A stretch of 64,000 bases of DNA, from positions 40,951 to 104,950 of IMG/VR virus record IMGVR_UViG_3300002307_000034; one strand, given 5' to 3'. The DNA is from a virus. Position numbers and translations under genes: made by a program. The notes beneath the pieces were generated by a model. The model was not told the DNA's origin. It searched no databases and worked only from the letters and a program-made list of their open reading frames with translations. Positions 11,501-20,384 of this stretch are shown piece after piece (within the stretch, counting starts at the first letter, position 1; each line of letters opens with the position of its first letter).

Positions 11501-14500
11501 TTTTCAGTTACGCCTTGTTGTCTTAATTCTTCATAATAATTTGCTCTTGCCTGTACACCAATTTTTGTGTATTCTGCATATTGCAAGAAGTTTTTTGTAA
11601 TTCCTTGAAGTTTATCTTTATCTTCTAATGACCAAGTTAAAATTTCAGTAAGAACTTTGTTTTGAGTAATTAATTCTTTGCCTGTTGCTGCTAAGTCTTT
11701 TGTTACTTTTCCTTCAAGGGCTGCATATTCGGCTTGTATTTTAGCAATTTGTTGCTCTTCATTAGCCATTCCTTTTGTTGCAGCAAGTTCTTTTTCTTTT
11801 GCTGATTGTAATGCTTTTAAGTATACATCTTTATTTCCCGCACCAGTTTGTCCAACCATCATGTTTGCAAGCTGATTTGGAACTTGTGCCATACCAGCCC
11901 ACAGCATTGGATTAAATGAACCTGATGGTCCACGAACAACTTTTGGAAGATTTACAAGGTGTGCTCTTGAAGCGTTATAAAAATCTGGATTTGTTATTCC
12001 TGCATCACGAGCAGCTTCGGCAATTGCATTTTGTTCTCTACGCATAGATTCAAGCTCATATGGTCTATTTCCTAATGATCTATCAAATGGAACTCTTGCA
12101 CCAAGAGAGGATGCACCTCCGCCACGACTTGAAAGACCTACTGTATAAAGTTGAGTTTTTTCAAATCCTGGTAAACCAAGTGCTGCTACCTGATCTCTTA
12201 CTGATTGAAGAGATGTTTTTAATACTTTTCCTTCTTTTACAAAAGACTCAAGATATGATACAACTGCTGTTTTAATATCATCAGTCATTGCTGTATCTTC
12301 TGCAAACATTTGTTGCAATCTAGATACTTCTGTAGATCTTCTAAAACTAAATTCTGTTAATCCAACTACTCCACCAGCGTATCCGCCTAGTGTTCCGTTA
12401 TTCATTGCATTTAATACTGATCCATATTTTTTAGTTGCATTTGCAGTTATTACAGATTCTCCTGGAGCAAGCATTGCGGGAATAGAATCTTTTGTTCCGG
12501 AGCCTGGTAATCCAACTACTCCAGATGCAAATCCTGGAAGTCTTACTTGTACTCCTTTTCCTCCGCCAATTCCCATAGCTTCTCTTTGTGCTACGGCCAA
12601 TGCTTCAAATTGCGTGGTTAATTCTGTAATTGATTTACTTAAAATATCAAATGCTTTTGCATTACTTGTAATGGATTCTGGCATAAGATCCATTTGATTT
12701 CTTGCAGCAATAATTCCAGTATCAAGATTTTCATAGAAATTACGCATATTATGAATGCCAGCCATAAACTTATTTTGAGTAGGAAGAGATTCATCCATCC
12801 CTTGCCTAAACATTCTAATATAATTAGCACCCTTTAATAAGTTACCTGTTAAGTTTGCAAATAAACCAATTAACATTAATATTGGTCCAATTACAATCAT
12901 TCCAACTAATCCGCCACCAAATACTTTTCCTAATATACCAGCTATAGGCCCAAGCATGTGACCAATTTTTTCAAATGATTTAATTATTTTATCTAATGCT
13001 CCAGCTAATCCGCTGAATGAATTTAAAAATGTTTGTCCTATAGGAATTAAATCTGCTTTTATTGTTTCTGTCATTCTCTTAAATCTACCACTTGCAGATT
13101 CAGTTTGAGTTTTTAATTCTTGTGCTGCTAACTTTGCAAGATCTTGTGAAGAAGCTCCCATTAATTGAAACACTGTTTGGGTTTGGCTTCCAGCTTTTCC
13201 TAAATTATCAATAAGTGCTTGAATTCTTGCTTGTTGGAACTTTCCAAATAATTTTTCAATCAGTTGAGCTTTTACAAGTGGATCTAATTTTTGCATAGAT
13301 ACTTGTAATGCTTCAATCATTTTTACTGGATTTCCTCCAGTTGTTGATGCTATATTTTTTACACTAATTCCATATTGTTTAAAAGCATCTTGTGCTGCTT
13401 TAGTTGGATTGATTAATGAAGCAATAGCAGATTTAATTGCGTTTGCAGCTTGAGCTGCTGGCACACCTGCTTCTTTCATTGCAACCATCATTGCTGCTGT
13501 ATCTTTAAACGATCCACCTAATTGTGCAACAATTGGTCCTACTCTTGGAATTGCATCTACTAAATCTTGTAAGCTTGTTGATGTTTGGTTTTCAACTGCG
13601 TTTAAGAAATCAACTGCTTGAGTCAATCCTTGTGTATTTAATTTATAAACATTTTGCAATGAAACGGTAGCTTTCATTGCTTGTGCATGGTCTAATTCTC
13701 CGAGTGTTGCAAGCCTTAAAGCTTCTCTTGTTGCATTTATTAAACCTGTTCCTGTTTGTCCTGTTGCAGCTAAATCTGCTGCCATTGCAGCTGTTTCTTG
13801 TACAGAAATGCCAAAACTTCTTGCAAGTTCTGTTCCAAGTGCTGTTACATCTTTTCTTACTCCAGCTAAAACTTCTTTTGTTGGTTGCTGTAAACCAGTT
13901 CCATAAACTTTAGCTAATCTTGTTAATTCTTGGTCAACTTGTAAAAATGTTTTAGAGGCTGTTATTCCAAACATAGCCATTGGCATAGTCAAACCAACAG
14001 TTAATTGGCGTCCCATCCATTGTGTATTTTTACCAAAATTGATCATCTTCATAGCACCATCATTAAGTGCTGTGTTTAATGCTTTTTGATAAAATATAGC
14101 TTTTTCTTCAGCAGTAACTACACCATTGATATCTGTTACTAATTTTGCATATCCTGGTCGAAGTGGATCTGCTACTGCAATTGATCTATTTAATCTAGCT
14201 TGTGATGTAGCTAGTGCGTCTAATTCTTTAGAAGTACCTTTTGCACTATCCCGCCAAATTTTATAATAATTATTTAAACTTAATTGTCCTGACGCAAGTT
14301 GTTTTCCAAACTTAGTCACACTGTCTGTCATAGCTACATGCTGAATTGTAAATGCACGAGTAGACAAAACCGCACTATCAAAAGCAGATTGTGCTTGCTT
14401 GATAGATGCGGTTGCTTGAGGAGTAAAGGGTCCGCCAACTGACATCTTTTGCATAGATGCCATTGCTTCTTTTAATTTTGCAACTTCTGCATAAACTTGT

Positions 14501-14544
14501 TGGAACTGAGCGTTAGCAACAATGTTTAAAGAAATATTATTCAA
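8527..14544 (-). CDS. Tail tape measure protein (TP901-type core)
   Basis: 2005 aa, Ala/Gln-rich helical; follows tail chaperones; GYVMGPGTSKSDSIPANLSNGEYVI motif; Trp repeats about every 11 aa near the C-terminus. Confidence 0.95.
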   Translation of the reverse strand: MNNISLNIVANAQFQQVYAEVAKLKEAMASMQKMSVGGPFTPQATASIKQAQSAFDSAVLSTRAFTIQHVAMTDSVTKFGKQLASGQLSLNNYYKIWRDSAKGTSKELDALATSQARLNRSIAVADPLRPGYAKLVTDINGVVTAEEKAIFYQKALNTALNDGAMKMINFGKNTQWMGRQLTVGLTMPMAMFGITASKTFLQVDQELTRLAKVYGTGLQQPTKEVLAGVRKDVTALGTELARSFGISVQETAAMAADLAATGQTGTGLINATREALRLATLGELDHAQAMKATVSLQNVYKLNTQGLTQAVDFLNAVENQTSTSLQDLVDAIPRVGPIVAQLGGSFKDTAAMMVAMKEAGVPAAQAANAIKSAIASLINPTKAAQDAFKQYGISVKNIASTTGGNPVKMIEALQVSMQKLDPLVKAQLIEKLFGKFQQARIQALIDNLGKAGSQTQTVFQLMGASSQDLAKLAAQELKTQTESASGRFKRMTETIKADLIPIGQTFLNSFSGLAGALDKIIKSFEKIGHMLGPIAGILGKVFGGGLVGMIVIGPILMLIGLFANLTGNLLKGANYIRMFRQGMDESLPTQNKFMAGIHNMRNFYENLDTGIIAARNQMDLMPESITSNAKAFDILSKSITELTTQFEALAVAQREAMGIGGGKGVQVRLPGFASGVVGLPGSGTKDSIPAMLAPGESVITANATKKYGSVLNAMNNGTLGGYAGGVVGLTEFSFRRSTEVSRLQQMFAEDTAMTDDIKTAVVSYLESFVKEGKVLKTSLQSVRDQVAALGLPGFEKTQLYTVGLSSRGGGASSLGARVPFDRSLGNRPYELESMRREQNAIAEAARDAGITNPDFYNASRAHLVNLPKVVRGPSGSFNPMLWAGMAQVPNQLANMMVGQTGAGNKDVYLKALQSAKEKELAATKGMANEEQQIAKIQAEYAALEGKVTKDLAATGKELITQNKVLTEILTWSLEDKDKLQGITKNFLQYAEYTKIGVQARANYYEELRQQGVTEKEIAAIATRNVEELTLGIQQMYESAISQGANTPQLMAAVIQQSKLLGLNITNATLAGWEEGIATAAQMRSPSKRAFAQGEQLVEGEVLGVASMLPEAELVGQQLAASTMLGFQQMSLPGMGGGSTFLGMPNMGTPGSQWSPDKGIGSVTTSANKMSGLMGRIKGFAANPMALNMGLMMGVPLAMQTIPNSVGGADLSGAKGTATSAAMTYGMLAMTSATAAFAAPAAAAVIGLKIFSNGMTNAANAAKQANGEIATSYANASNNINAYKMAADGVATHAITITQAKLTESLLNDKLAASQHKVIASTKALTDTYSGVISKAGNSLGGQINAGQVLGTAEGAKAGGSWGNVMKSVLFGGEANIFGKNLNSNNGAGRVLRMLDPFLLGTAGLGKVFPGLAGKGQQNYQAQAQGQLLTQLTKAPTTYEELVNPKYITGFQSAFAALTNVQKATLSSDGAFKSWNDTVGKSDPVLQSLNNTLKAHKVAMQDIIAINQMASAGFFLSQNAILGAGTAAGVKTATSGFAQYQNAIKSDTASAQAAVDAAQAAADAAHANAAKAAAGDTSTAGDKTAIKDYQDKIKLIEKEKTARDNLYNSQLRNIDAQQAQMNLEAEAVKARGSGDLIALAVQQQNQQIQKTKDAMAAAKVAADLSSQNKIDALQAKIDELQAKTSGPGKTISTATQDAALAAAQAALSAAQSGKGAGASKVQSDINIQLEKEYNDWLEKHKSLWQQIAQYVSDAWGWIQKIWDKLTKPVGQWFSTMWKDTKQLASDIWGFIDKIWNKIEKPVASWFSQMWKDIKTWASETWGFVSNIFNAISKPVSGWFTGIWDKISQVIKDIANSVTSVAGIIKSIASGPLGLLNSLFGGLISNLVKKLGLASGGYVMGPGTSKSDSIPANLSNGEYVIQADSVSKYGKSFLDAVNNKSFTVPQSALSAARSSAISDAVSSNNVRFGDNTINVYPPQGADANQVANLVITKINQSVQKQMTRRNV

Positions 14545-14547
14545 TCA

Positions 14548-14865
14548 CTAGCCCTCCACAACGTGTCCAAGTCCTAAACCAATTCCAAAGCCGTCTTGCT
14601 TTGCTCGGAAACCAGTTACCTTGGCTATATCATCATCCTCAGACGATGAATTTTCATCTAGGTCCACGCCTTGTAAGGCTGCGAAAAATCTTTTATCTCT
14701 TGTGTCTTTTTCACTTATTGCTTTTAATGTAAGCATAAGTTCTTCAACAGACATCGAAGATTCAAGTTCTTCGTAATTCTTCCAGTGACCTAGAAGAAAA
14801 GCTTCAGATTCTAAAGTGGCGAGATCTAGAGATTCCCAGTTAGATTCGCCCCTGGGAAGTTTGGG
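14548..14865 (-). CDS. Tail assembly chaperone, C-terminal part reached by -1 frameshift (gpGT-like)
   Basis: Frame of ORF 14548..14754 stays open upstream through the CCCAAAC heptamer (14859..14865) inside the preceding gene. Confidence 0.8.
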   Translation of the reverse strand, partial: PKLPRGESNWESLDLATLESEAFLLGHWKNYEELESSMSVEELMLTLKAISEKDTRDKRFFAALQGVDLDENSSSEDDDIAKVTGFRAKQDGFGIGLGLGHVVEG

Positions 14866-15167
14866 TCTGTGTCATTTAACTTTAACCCGCCTGCTATTTC
14901 AAGAATCTTCATTAGCGTTGGAATTTCGATAGTTGATTCAAATAAATCTCTATCTAAAGCCAGGTCTGGGGAAAATTGTTCCATGCAGATCATTCCAGCT
15001 TCTACAAAAATTTCCATAGCATCTTCTTCAGTTTTAACTGAATCATCTTGTAACTTTTTTACTACTGCTAGGAATTTCTTTAAATGTTTAATTGTTAATG
15101 GTTTAATTGATATTGTTTTATCATTGGACAACTTAATTTCAAGTGTGTCATATACTGTTGTTGGCAT
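14826..15167 (-). CDS. Tail assembly chaperone (gpG-like)
   Basis: Between major tail and TMP; slippery C CCA AAC near 3' end. Confidence 0.85.
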   Translation of the reverse strand: MPTTVYDTLEIKLSNDKTISIKPLTIKHLKKFLAVVKKLQDDSVKTEEDAMEIFVEAGMICMEQFSPDLALDRDLFESTIEIPTLMKILEIAGGLKLNDTDPNFPGANLTGNL

Positions 15168-15214
15168 TTTGCTCCTTTAGGTCTAATCAAAATTATATCA
15201 AAATTTATAATAAA

Positions 15215-15250
15215 AACATAAACACCCCCCATAAAATGGGGGGCATTTAT
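15215..15250 (-). terminator. Intrinsic terminator after major tail gene
   Basis: CCCCCCAT-AAA-ATGGGGGG stem followed by T-rich run on minus strand. Confidence 0.75.
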
Positions 15251-15266
15251 TCACTATATTAAATTA

Positions 15267-15995
15267 TTAGTATGTTGAGTAAACTCTATCAACGATAACG
15301 CCATATTCTGCACCGTCGTAATCATCCTTATCGTCTGGAAGACAACGGAACTGAACTGGGAATACAGTTGCAGAGTCACGCTTCAAAGCATGTGATGTTA
15401 CTTCAACTTGAACGATTCTACGTGCTACGTAAATACGTTCTTTCTTTGTTGTTGTAGATACATCTATTGGAGCTGCTTCTGAACCGATATTGCCTGGGGC
15501 ATTACCGATTGCAACTAGTGAACGCTCTACTGGAGCATCTCCTAGAGCACCTGCTGCTAAATTCAACTTTGCATTTGCTGCGTTTGCAGAAGCAGATGTT
15601 CCAACAGTAAGTGTTGAATTTGCTGTTCCAACAGAACCGCTGTATGTAACATACTGGTCTTGCTGGCCAAATACTATGTGAAGGTTTTCAAGAGTAGCTT
15701 CATTGAGTTCTGTCTTAAGAAGAACTTTAACTGTTTGCTTGAAAAGACGAGCTGCATCAAGAAGTTGATCAACCATAACTTCACCATATCCTGGTTCGTA
15801 TGATACTTCAAGTCCTTGACTTGTGTAACCTAAATCTCTCCATGCATCCTTACCATTAAGGTAACCTGCTGCCTTTTGAGTTCCCCATGCTAAGTCTCCA
15901 GAACCTGGAACTGTTGATGGACGATCTGCACCGTCAGCTGTACTGATAAAAAGTTGTGCTGCACCTACGATTATATTTTTTACATTTGCTGCCAT
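15267..15995 (-). CDS. Major tail (tube) protein
   Basis: NIIVGAA, DLGYTSQG and VDQL motifs; position before chaperones; strong SD and terminator. Confidence 0.85.
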   Translation of the reverse strand: MAANVKNIIVGAAQLFISTADGADRPSTVPGSGDLAWGTQKAAGYLNGKDAWRDLGYTSQGLEVSYEPGYGEVMVDQLLDAARLFKQTVKVLLKTELNEATLENLHIVFGQQDQYVTYSGSVGTANSTLTVGTSASANAANAKLNLAAGALGDAPVERSLVAIGNAPGNIGSEAAPIDVSTTTKKERIYVARRIVQVEVTSHALKRDSATVFPVQFRCLPDDKDDYDGAEYGVIVDRVYSTY

Positions 15996-16084
15996 TTATT
16001 TATTTCACCGCCTTATTTTTTATAAAATTGGGCTAAAATCTTTCCTCGTATGTAAATAGTATCATAGGGAAAGAATAATGCCAA

Positions 16085-16591
16085 TTAAAATCTTCCGTTT
16101 CCGTCAGTTTTTCTGGAATAGGAATAAGAAAGGGCAATTTGCCCAGTTTGAAAATCACCTTCAGAACTATAAGGTTCTGGAGAGAAAATATTATCTATAA
16201 GTATATGATGAAATTGAAATTCTGTATCTCCTGCAAGATATGTATTAACATCTTTTGCACTTTCATCATATCGTCTAAATAGGTCTTGAACTAAATTTGT
16301 TATTTTGTTTATTAGCTCATAATTTTGTGAAAATACTGCCAAGGTCATCATCTCGTCTGACATCCACCATTGGACTGGAATAGTCTTTACTTCAAAATCA
16401 TAAATTATATAGCTTTTACCTGGAAGCAAATTGTTAAATTCTGGTACTTGTTGAACAGGAATTATTGGCACAAGTGCTTCATCAAAACCATCTGCATAAT
16501 AATCATTTATATCTAGCAAGCCTGAATCTTGAATTTTTTGCCACAAATATGATCTAATATTTGCCGAAGCTAATTTATTATAATCTGTCAT
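16085..16591 (-). CDS. Putative tail terminator protein
   Basis: Synteny (directly upstream of tail tube gene) and size. Confidence 0.6.
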   Translation of the reverse strand: MTDYNKLASANIRSYLWQKIQDSGLLDINDYYADGFDEALVPIIPVQQVPEFNNLLPGKSYIIYDFEVKTIPVQWWMSDEMMTLAVFSQNYELINKITNLVQDLFRRYDESAKDVNTYLAGDTEFQFHHILIDNIFSPEPYSSEGDFQTGQIALSYSYSRKTDGNGRF

Positions 16592-17313
16592 AATACGTAT
16601 TCATCCTTTGAGTATTGTTTTAATAGATTGGTAACTGCACTTCTAATTTGTGCTGCTCCCGCACCTTTATTATTTAAAATTTTTGCAGTCTCTGAATCAA
16701 TTGCTTGAAGTATTCCAGAAGAATTAATTATAGATTCAACTTTTGTTTGAAACCATGTATTAAAAAATTTTTCAAAAGATCCTTTAACTTGAATGCCACC
16801 TGGGTGTTGTATATTTATTAAGGTTCCAGCTGCTACAAAATTAACTTTTGATCCATCTGGTATAGGAGTATTTTTAGAAGTTCTATAAATTATAGGGTTG
16901 CCTTTTTCCATAACAGAAGCTTTATCTTTAAAGATATTTTTTGAAGAAACTATTTTACCATTTCTACCTGGCGTTAATAGTTGTGGAGCAATAGGAACAT
17001 TTTTCTTTGATTGCATAAAACCTGGTTTTATAATTAATTTTCCATTTGAAGCTGATTCTTTGTATAAAAAGAATAATCTTTGTGAATTATTACCTGTAGC
17101 TCCCCATTCATAAATATGATGATATGCTTTAGGTTTTGCTTTTGCCTCAGTATTAATTGCTTTAATGAAAGCTTTACCACTTAATGTAAATATAGCATTT
17201 GCTAATTCCGTCAATACAGCTTTAGATTGAAGTTCTTTAATTCCGTTTAATTTTAAATCAAGTTCTGATTCTATTTTTAAAATATCAAATTTATTTGCCG
17301 AGAGTGTTATCAT
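16588..17313 (-). CDS. Putative neck/tail completion protein
   Basis: Synteny; HHIYEWG motif; start re-placed at MITLSANK. Confidence 0.5.
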   Translation of the reverse strand: MITLSANKFDILKIESELDLKLNGIKELQSKAVLTELANAIFTLSGKAFIKAINTEAKAKPKAYHHIYEWGATGNNSQRLFFLYKESASNGKLIIKPGFMQSKKNVPIAPQLLTPGRNGKIVSSKNIFKDKASVMEKGNPIIYRTSKNTPIPDGSKVNFVAAGTLINIQHPGGIQVKGSFEKFFNTWFQTKVESIINSSGILQAIDSETAKILNNKGAGAAQIRSAVTNLLKQYSKDEYVL

Positions 17314-17740
17314 TTTGTATATGTACCCTTTGCAACGTGATTTCATAATATGAAACTTTACCAAATGGATCTAGCACAGCATGAGATGACATTACGTCAA
17401 ATATAGTATCTGGCATATCAAATTTATCAATTTCAAAATAAACTTGTTTTCCATCATTTGATTTTATACCTGAGACTCTCCATCTTTTTGAAAATGGGGT
17501 TAGGCATTTCATTTTTAACTGAAGCTTTTCATCATATTCATTATGTTTGCCAATATCAAATCTTTTATTATCTGCTCTATTTGAAGCACCACTAGATTTG
17601 ATTGGTTCTATCTTACAAGGAATAGTTCTATCATAAACCCATTCTCTTACAATAGTCCCGCTTTCAGATGATTGTTTATTTTGCTGAACTAAGACATCAG
17701 CAGACATGTTCATGATACTACCAATGAATGAGTTAGGCAT
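17291..17740 (-). CDS. Putative head-tail stopper
   Basis: Synteny and size; beta-rich. Confidence 0.55.
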   Translation of the reverse strand: MPNSFIGSIMNMSADVLVQQNKQSSESGTIVREWVYDRTIPCKIEPIKSSGASNRADNKRFDIGKHNEYDEKLQLKMKCLTPFSKRWRVSGIKSNDGKQVYFEIDKFDMPDTIFDVMSSHAVLDPFGKVSYYEITLQRVHIQNDNTLGK

Positions 17741-18681
17741 TAAATAATCACAATCCCAACTGTGCGGTAATTATCAAGAATATTATCAACAATCAAATCA
17801 CCAGTTCCGCTAAATGCTCCACCATCAAGTTCAAATGAAATTTCAGAAAGATTAACTTTTTTAAGATATCTTTCTCTCCACTCAGCGTCTCTTGACAATA
17901 AGTTCCCAACTAGTCTTATTGCACAAAATTTAACATCGTTTGGAACATATGTCCAACCAATTTCTCCATAAACTTTATACCTTGAATGCTCTCTAAATCT
18001 TCCACCGTAAAGTGTTGTTACATCCATTTGTCCATCATATTCAGGATTATATGAATCTCTTACAATTCTTAAAGCTTTATTGGTTGTAGAAAGTTCAATA
18101 TCTGAACCAAATGTGTTATATACTGGATCTTGAGTATAATCAATAATTAAAACGCCATCTTCATATAATTTTTCAACGCTTATCATTCTTTGCAAAAGCT
18201 CCATTTGATTAGAACCATATCCAAATTGTTCTTGATCTCCCCAGGCTCTTCCAAATGTTTGACTTGTGTAACTTTCAATTTGATAACGTGCAAGACGTTC
18301 TGCATAAACTATTTCATCATGGCTTTTGTAATTTAAATCTTGTGGACGTGTTCCAAAGTTATAATAATCTATTATATCGCTTGCATAAGCGTATGGAGTA
18401 AATACTTCATAAAAATCTTCAGAAGATATGGCTTTACCATTTACTGTGTAATCCCATTGAAGTCTTAATACACGGTTTAAGTTAGTATATTCTGGATCTA
18501 AATCAAATGTATATTTGCCAATAGCGGGGTCATTAAAAGCAACCCCGCCAGTGCCAACTGGGGTACCATAATTTGCATCAGTAACAGAAACTAAAACGTC
18601 TCCATCTGCGTTAGCAAGTTCTCCTCTAACGTAGATTTCAAATTCTGCATTTTCAGTTGTTCCTCTAACTATTTGATGCAT
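17740..18681 (-). CDS. Putative head-tail adaptor
   Basis: Synteny; GWTYVPNDVK and TGDLIVDNILDNY motifs typical of adaptors. Confidence 0.65.
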   Translation of the reverse strand: MHQIVRGTTENAEFEIYVRGELANADGDVLVSVTDANYGTPVGTGGVAFNDPAIGKYTFDLDPEYTNLNRVLRLQWDYTVNGKAISSEDFYEVFTPYAYASDIIDYYNFGTRPQDLNYKSHDEIVYAERLARYQIESYTSQTFGRAWGDQEQFGYGSNQMELLQRMISVEKLYEDGVLIIDYTQDPVYNTFGSDIELSTTNKALRIVRDSYNPEYDGQMDVTTLYGGRFREHSRYKVYGEIGWTYVPNDVKFCAIRLVGNLLSRDAEWRERYLKKVNLSEISFELDGGAFSGTGDLIVDNILDNYRTVGIVII

Positions 18682-18695
18682 TTATTACCCCCTAT

Positions 18696-19082
18696 TTAAT
18701 TATAAAACTCTTGTGCCTCTCTTGGGGTTGCTGGGCGAAAGCCTGGCTCTGTATCAAAGATACGCTGTGCGTCATCTTCAGACATAGCCACAAATGGATG
18801 CTGTTGTGTAAACGTATATCCATAAACAGTATATGATGGATTAGCTTTATCCATTCTTACCAAGATAGTATTTGCCTTATTAAGATTAATTTTCTTTTCA
18901 GGCTTTGGTTCATCTAGCTCAACCTTATCTGCACCGCTAAATTGTGCATAAGCATCAAATGTGATGCCTTCTTCTGCTAGGGCTGAAATTATAGCTTGCT
19001 TTGAAGGTTTTTCTGGAACATCTACTCCAAAACCTTCTGCAATTTTTTTAAGTTCTGAGATCTTCAATGTGTTAAATGACAT
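18696..19082 (-). CDS. Hypothetical protein with N-terminal helix-extension-helix (Rho-N-like) motif
   Basis: LKISELKKIAEGFGV...KQAII pattern. Confidence 0.5.
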   Translation of the reverse strand: MSFNTLKISELKKIAEGFGVDVPEKPSKQAIISALAEEGITFDAYAQFSGADKVELDEPKPEKKINLNKANTILVRMDKANPSYTVYGYTFTQQHPFVAMSEDDAQRIFDTEPGFRPATPREAQEFYN

Positions 19083-19131
19083 AGTAATCCTTTCATCTCA
19101 AGTAAATTATACCATTTGTATTAATAAAAGT

Positions 19132-19166
19132 ATAAGGGGGAAGATAATTAAATCTTCCCCGCTTAT
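19132..19166 (-). terminator. Intrinsic terminator after major capsid gene
   Basis: GGGGAAGAT-AATTAA-ATCTTCCCC stem. Confidence 0.75.
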
Positions 19167-19185
19167 TTGCACCTTAAAGGTTATA

Positions 19186-20349
19186 TTAGAATGTGCCTCT
19201 TGCGTGTGTCACTGGGTTTGATACCAATGAACCGTGAGTTACAGATCCGAGTGTACCGAGATCAGTACCTCCAACCTTAACATTCTTTACGATAACGTGT
19301 GCGTCATAGTTCTCGAATGCACAGCCGACACGGATGAATAGTGTATATTCAATTGTGTCTTTCTTTGGCTGGAAGAGACGATAGACAACTACGTCACGCT
19401 TAATACCAACTATGAAGTTCTGTGGGAATGTCAAGTGGACATCTCCAAAGAGACCTGAAGAGTTGTTATAACCGCTTTCTCCATATGCCTTACCCGCTGA
19501 ATCACGAGTTTCGTCCATAAGAGGAACGTTGATGACTGGAATGCCGAATGCAAATGGAGTTGTAGATCCTGGTCCGCCGTCGTTTGCGACAACATCACCA
19601 CGAATAACGCCAGAAGCGATATCCCATGGATTTACTGATCCTGCATTAGCTGTCAAGTTGTATAGGTAATCTTGTACGAGGTTTGATCCTACGAAGAAGC
19701 GAAGCTGATTGCGACGCTGCTTGTACTTACGTGGCAAGGTTTTAATTGCTGTATTGAATACAGCCTTGTCCAACCCTTGTGCATTACCATCAACAACGTG
19801 TGCGTTGGCAATAGCTTGTGCACGGAATCCAGGGAATGCTGACATAAGTCCGCTTCCTGTACTTCCAACACCGTTGATAAGAGTATCTTCGATATCGTTA
19901 CCAGCTTGAGTTGCCATCAAACGTGCAATATGATCTTCTAGGTCTGGACCCTCAAGGTTGTCTTCTAGTGCCTCAGCTGAGAGTTCCCAGTCGAGACGAA
20001 GCTTGCGAGTTGTCAAAGAGATCTTTGAGAATGTAGCTGCTGCAGTTGGATAACCGCCGTCTTGTGGTCCGAAATTTGTAAAATCACGAGGATTCTCTTC
20101 GGATGCTACTGTCATTAATCTTTGTCCTACAGACACACGATCAATTTCTGTGGTGTTACTACGCATACGGATTGTACGTGCAGCTTTAGCGAGGATAGTC
20201 GCATCCCACATGTAGTCAAGGAAACGGTTGGCTTGATCTGGATAGAGAAGACCTGTACCTGAAAGGGTACGACCATCGCCTGATAGATCAGAACCTGCTG
20301 TTCCGAGATTTGTTGTATCAATTACTTTTTGTAATAGTTCGTTGCTCAT
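19186..20349 (-). CDS. Major capsid protein (HK97 fold)
   Basis: GLLYPDQANRFLDY, ELSAEALEDNLEG and LINGVG motifs; after protease; strong SD and terminator. Confidence 0.9.
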   Translation of the reverse strand: MSNELLQKVIDTTNLGTAGSDLSGDGRTLSGTGLLYPDQANRFLDYMWDATILAKAARTIRMRSNTTEIDRVSVGQRLMTVASEENPRDFTNFGPQDGGYPTAAATFSKISLTTRKLRLDWELSAEALEDNLEGPDLEDHIARLMATQAGNDIEDTLINGVGSTGSGLMSAFPGFRAQAIANAHVVDGNAQGLDKAVFNTAIKTLPRKYKQRRNQLRFFVGSNLVQDYLYNLTANAGSVNPWDIASGVIRGDVVANDGGPGSTTPFAFGIPVINVPLMDETRDSAGKAYGESGYNNSSGLFGDVHLTFPQNFIVGIKRDVVVYRLFQPKKDTIEYTLFIRVGCAFENYDAHVIVKNVKVGGTDLGTLGSVTHGSLVSNPVTHARGTF

Positions 20350-20384
20350 TTATTTATTTCACCGCCTTTGTTTTTGTTGATTTT

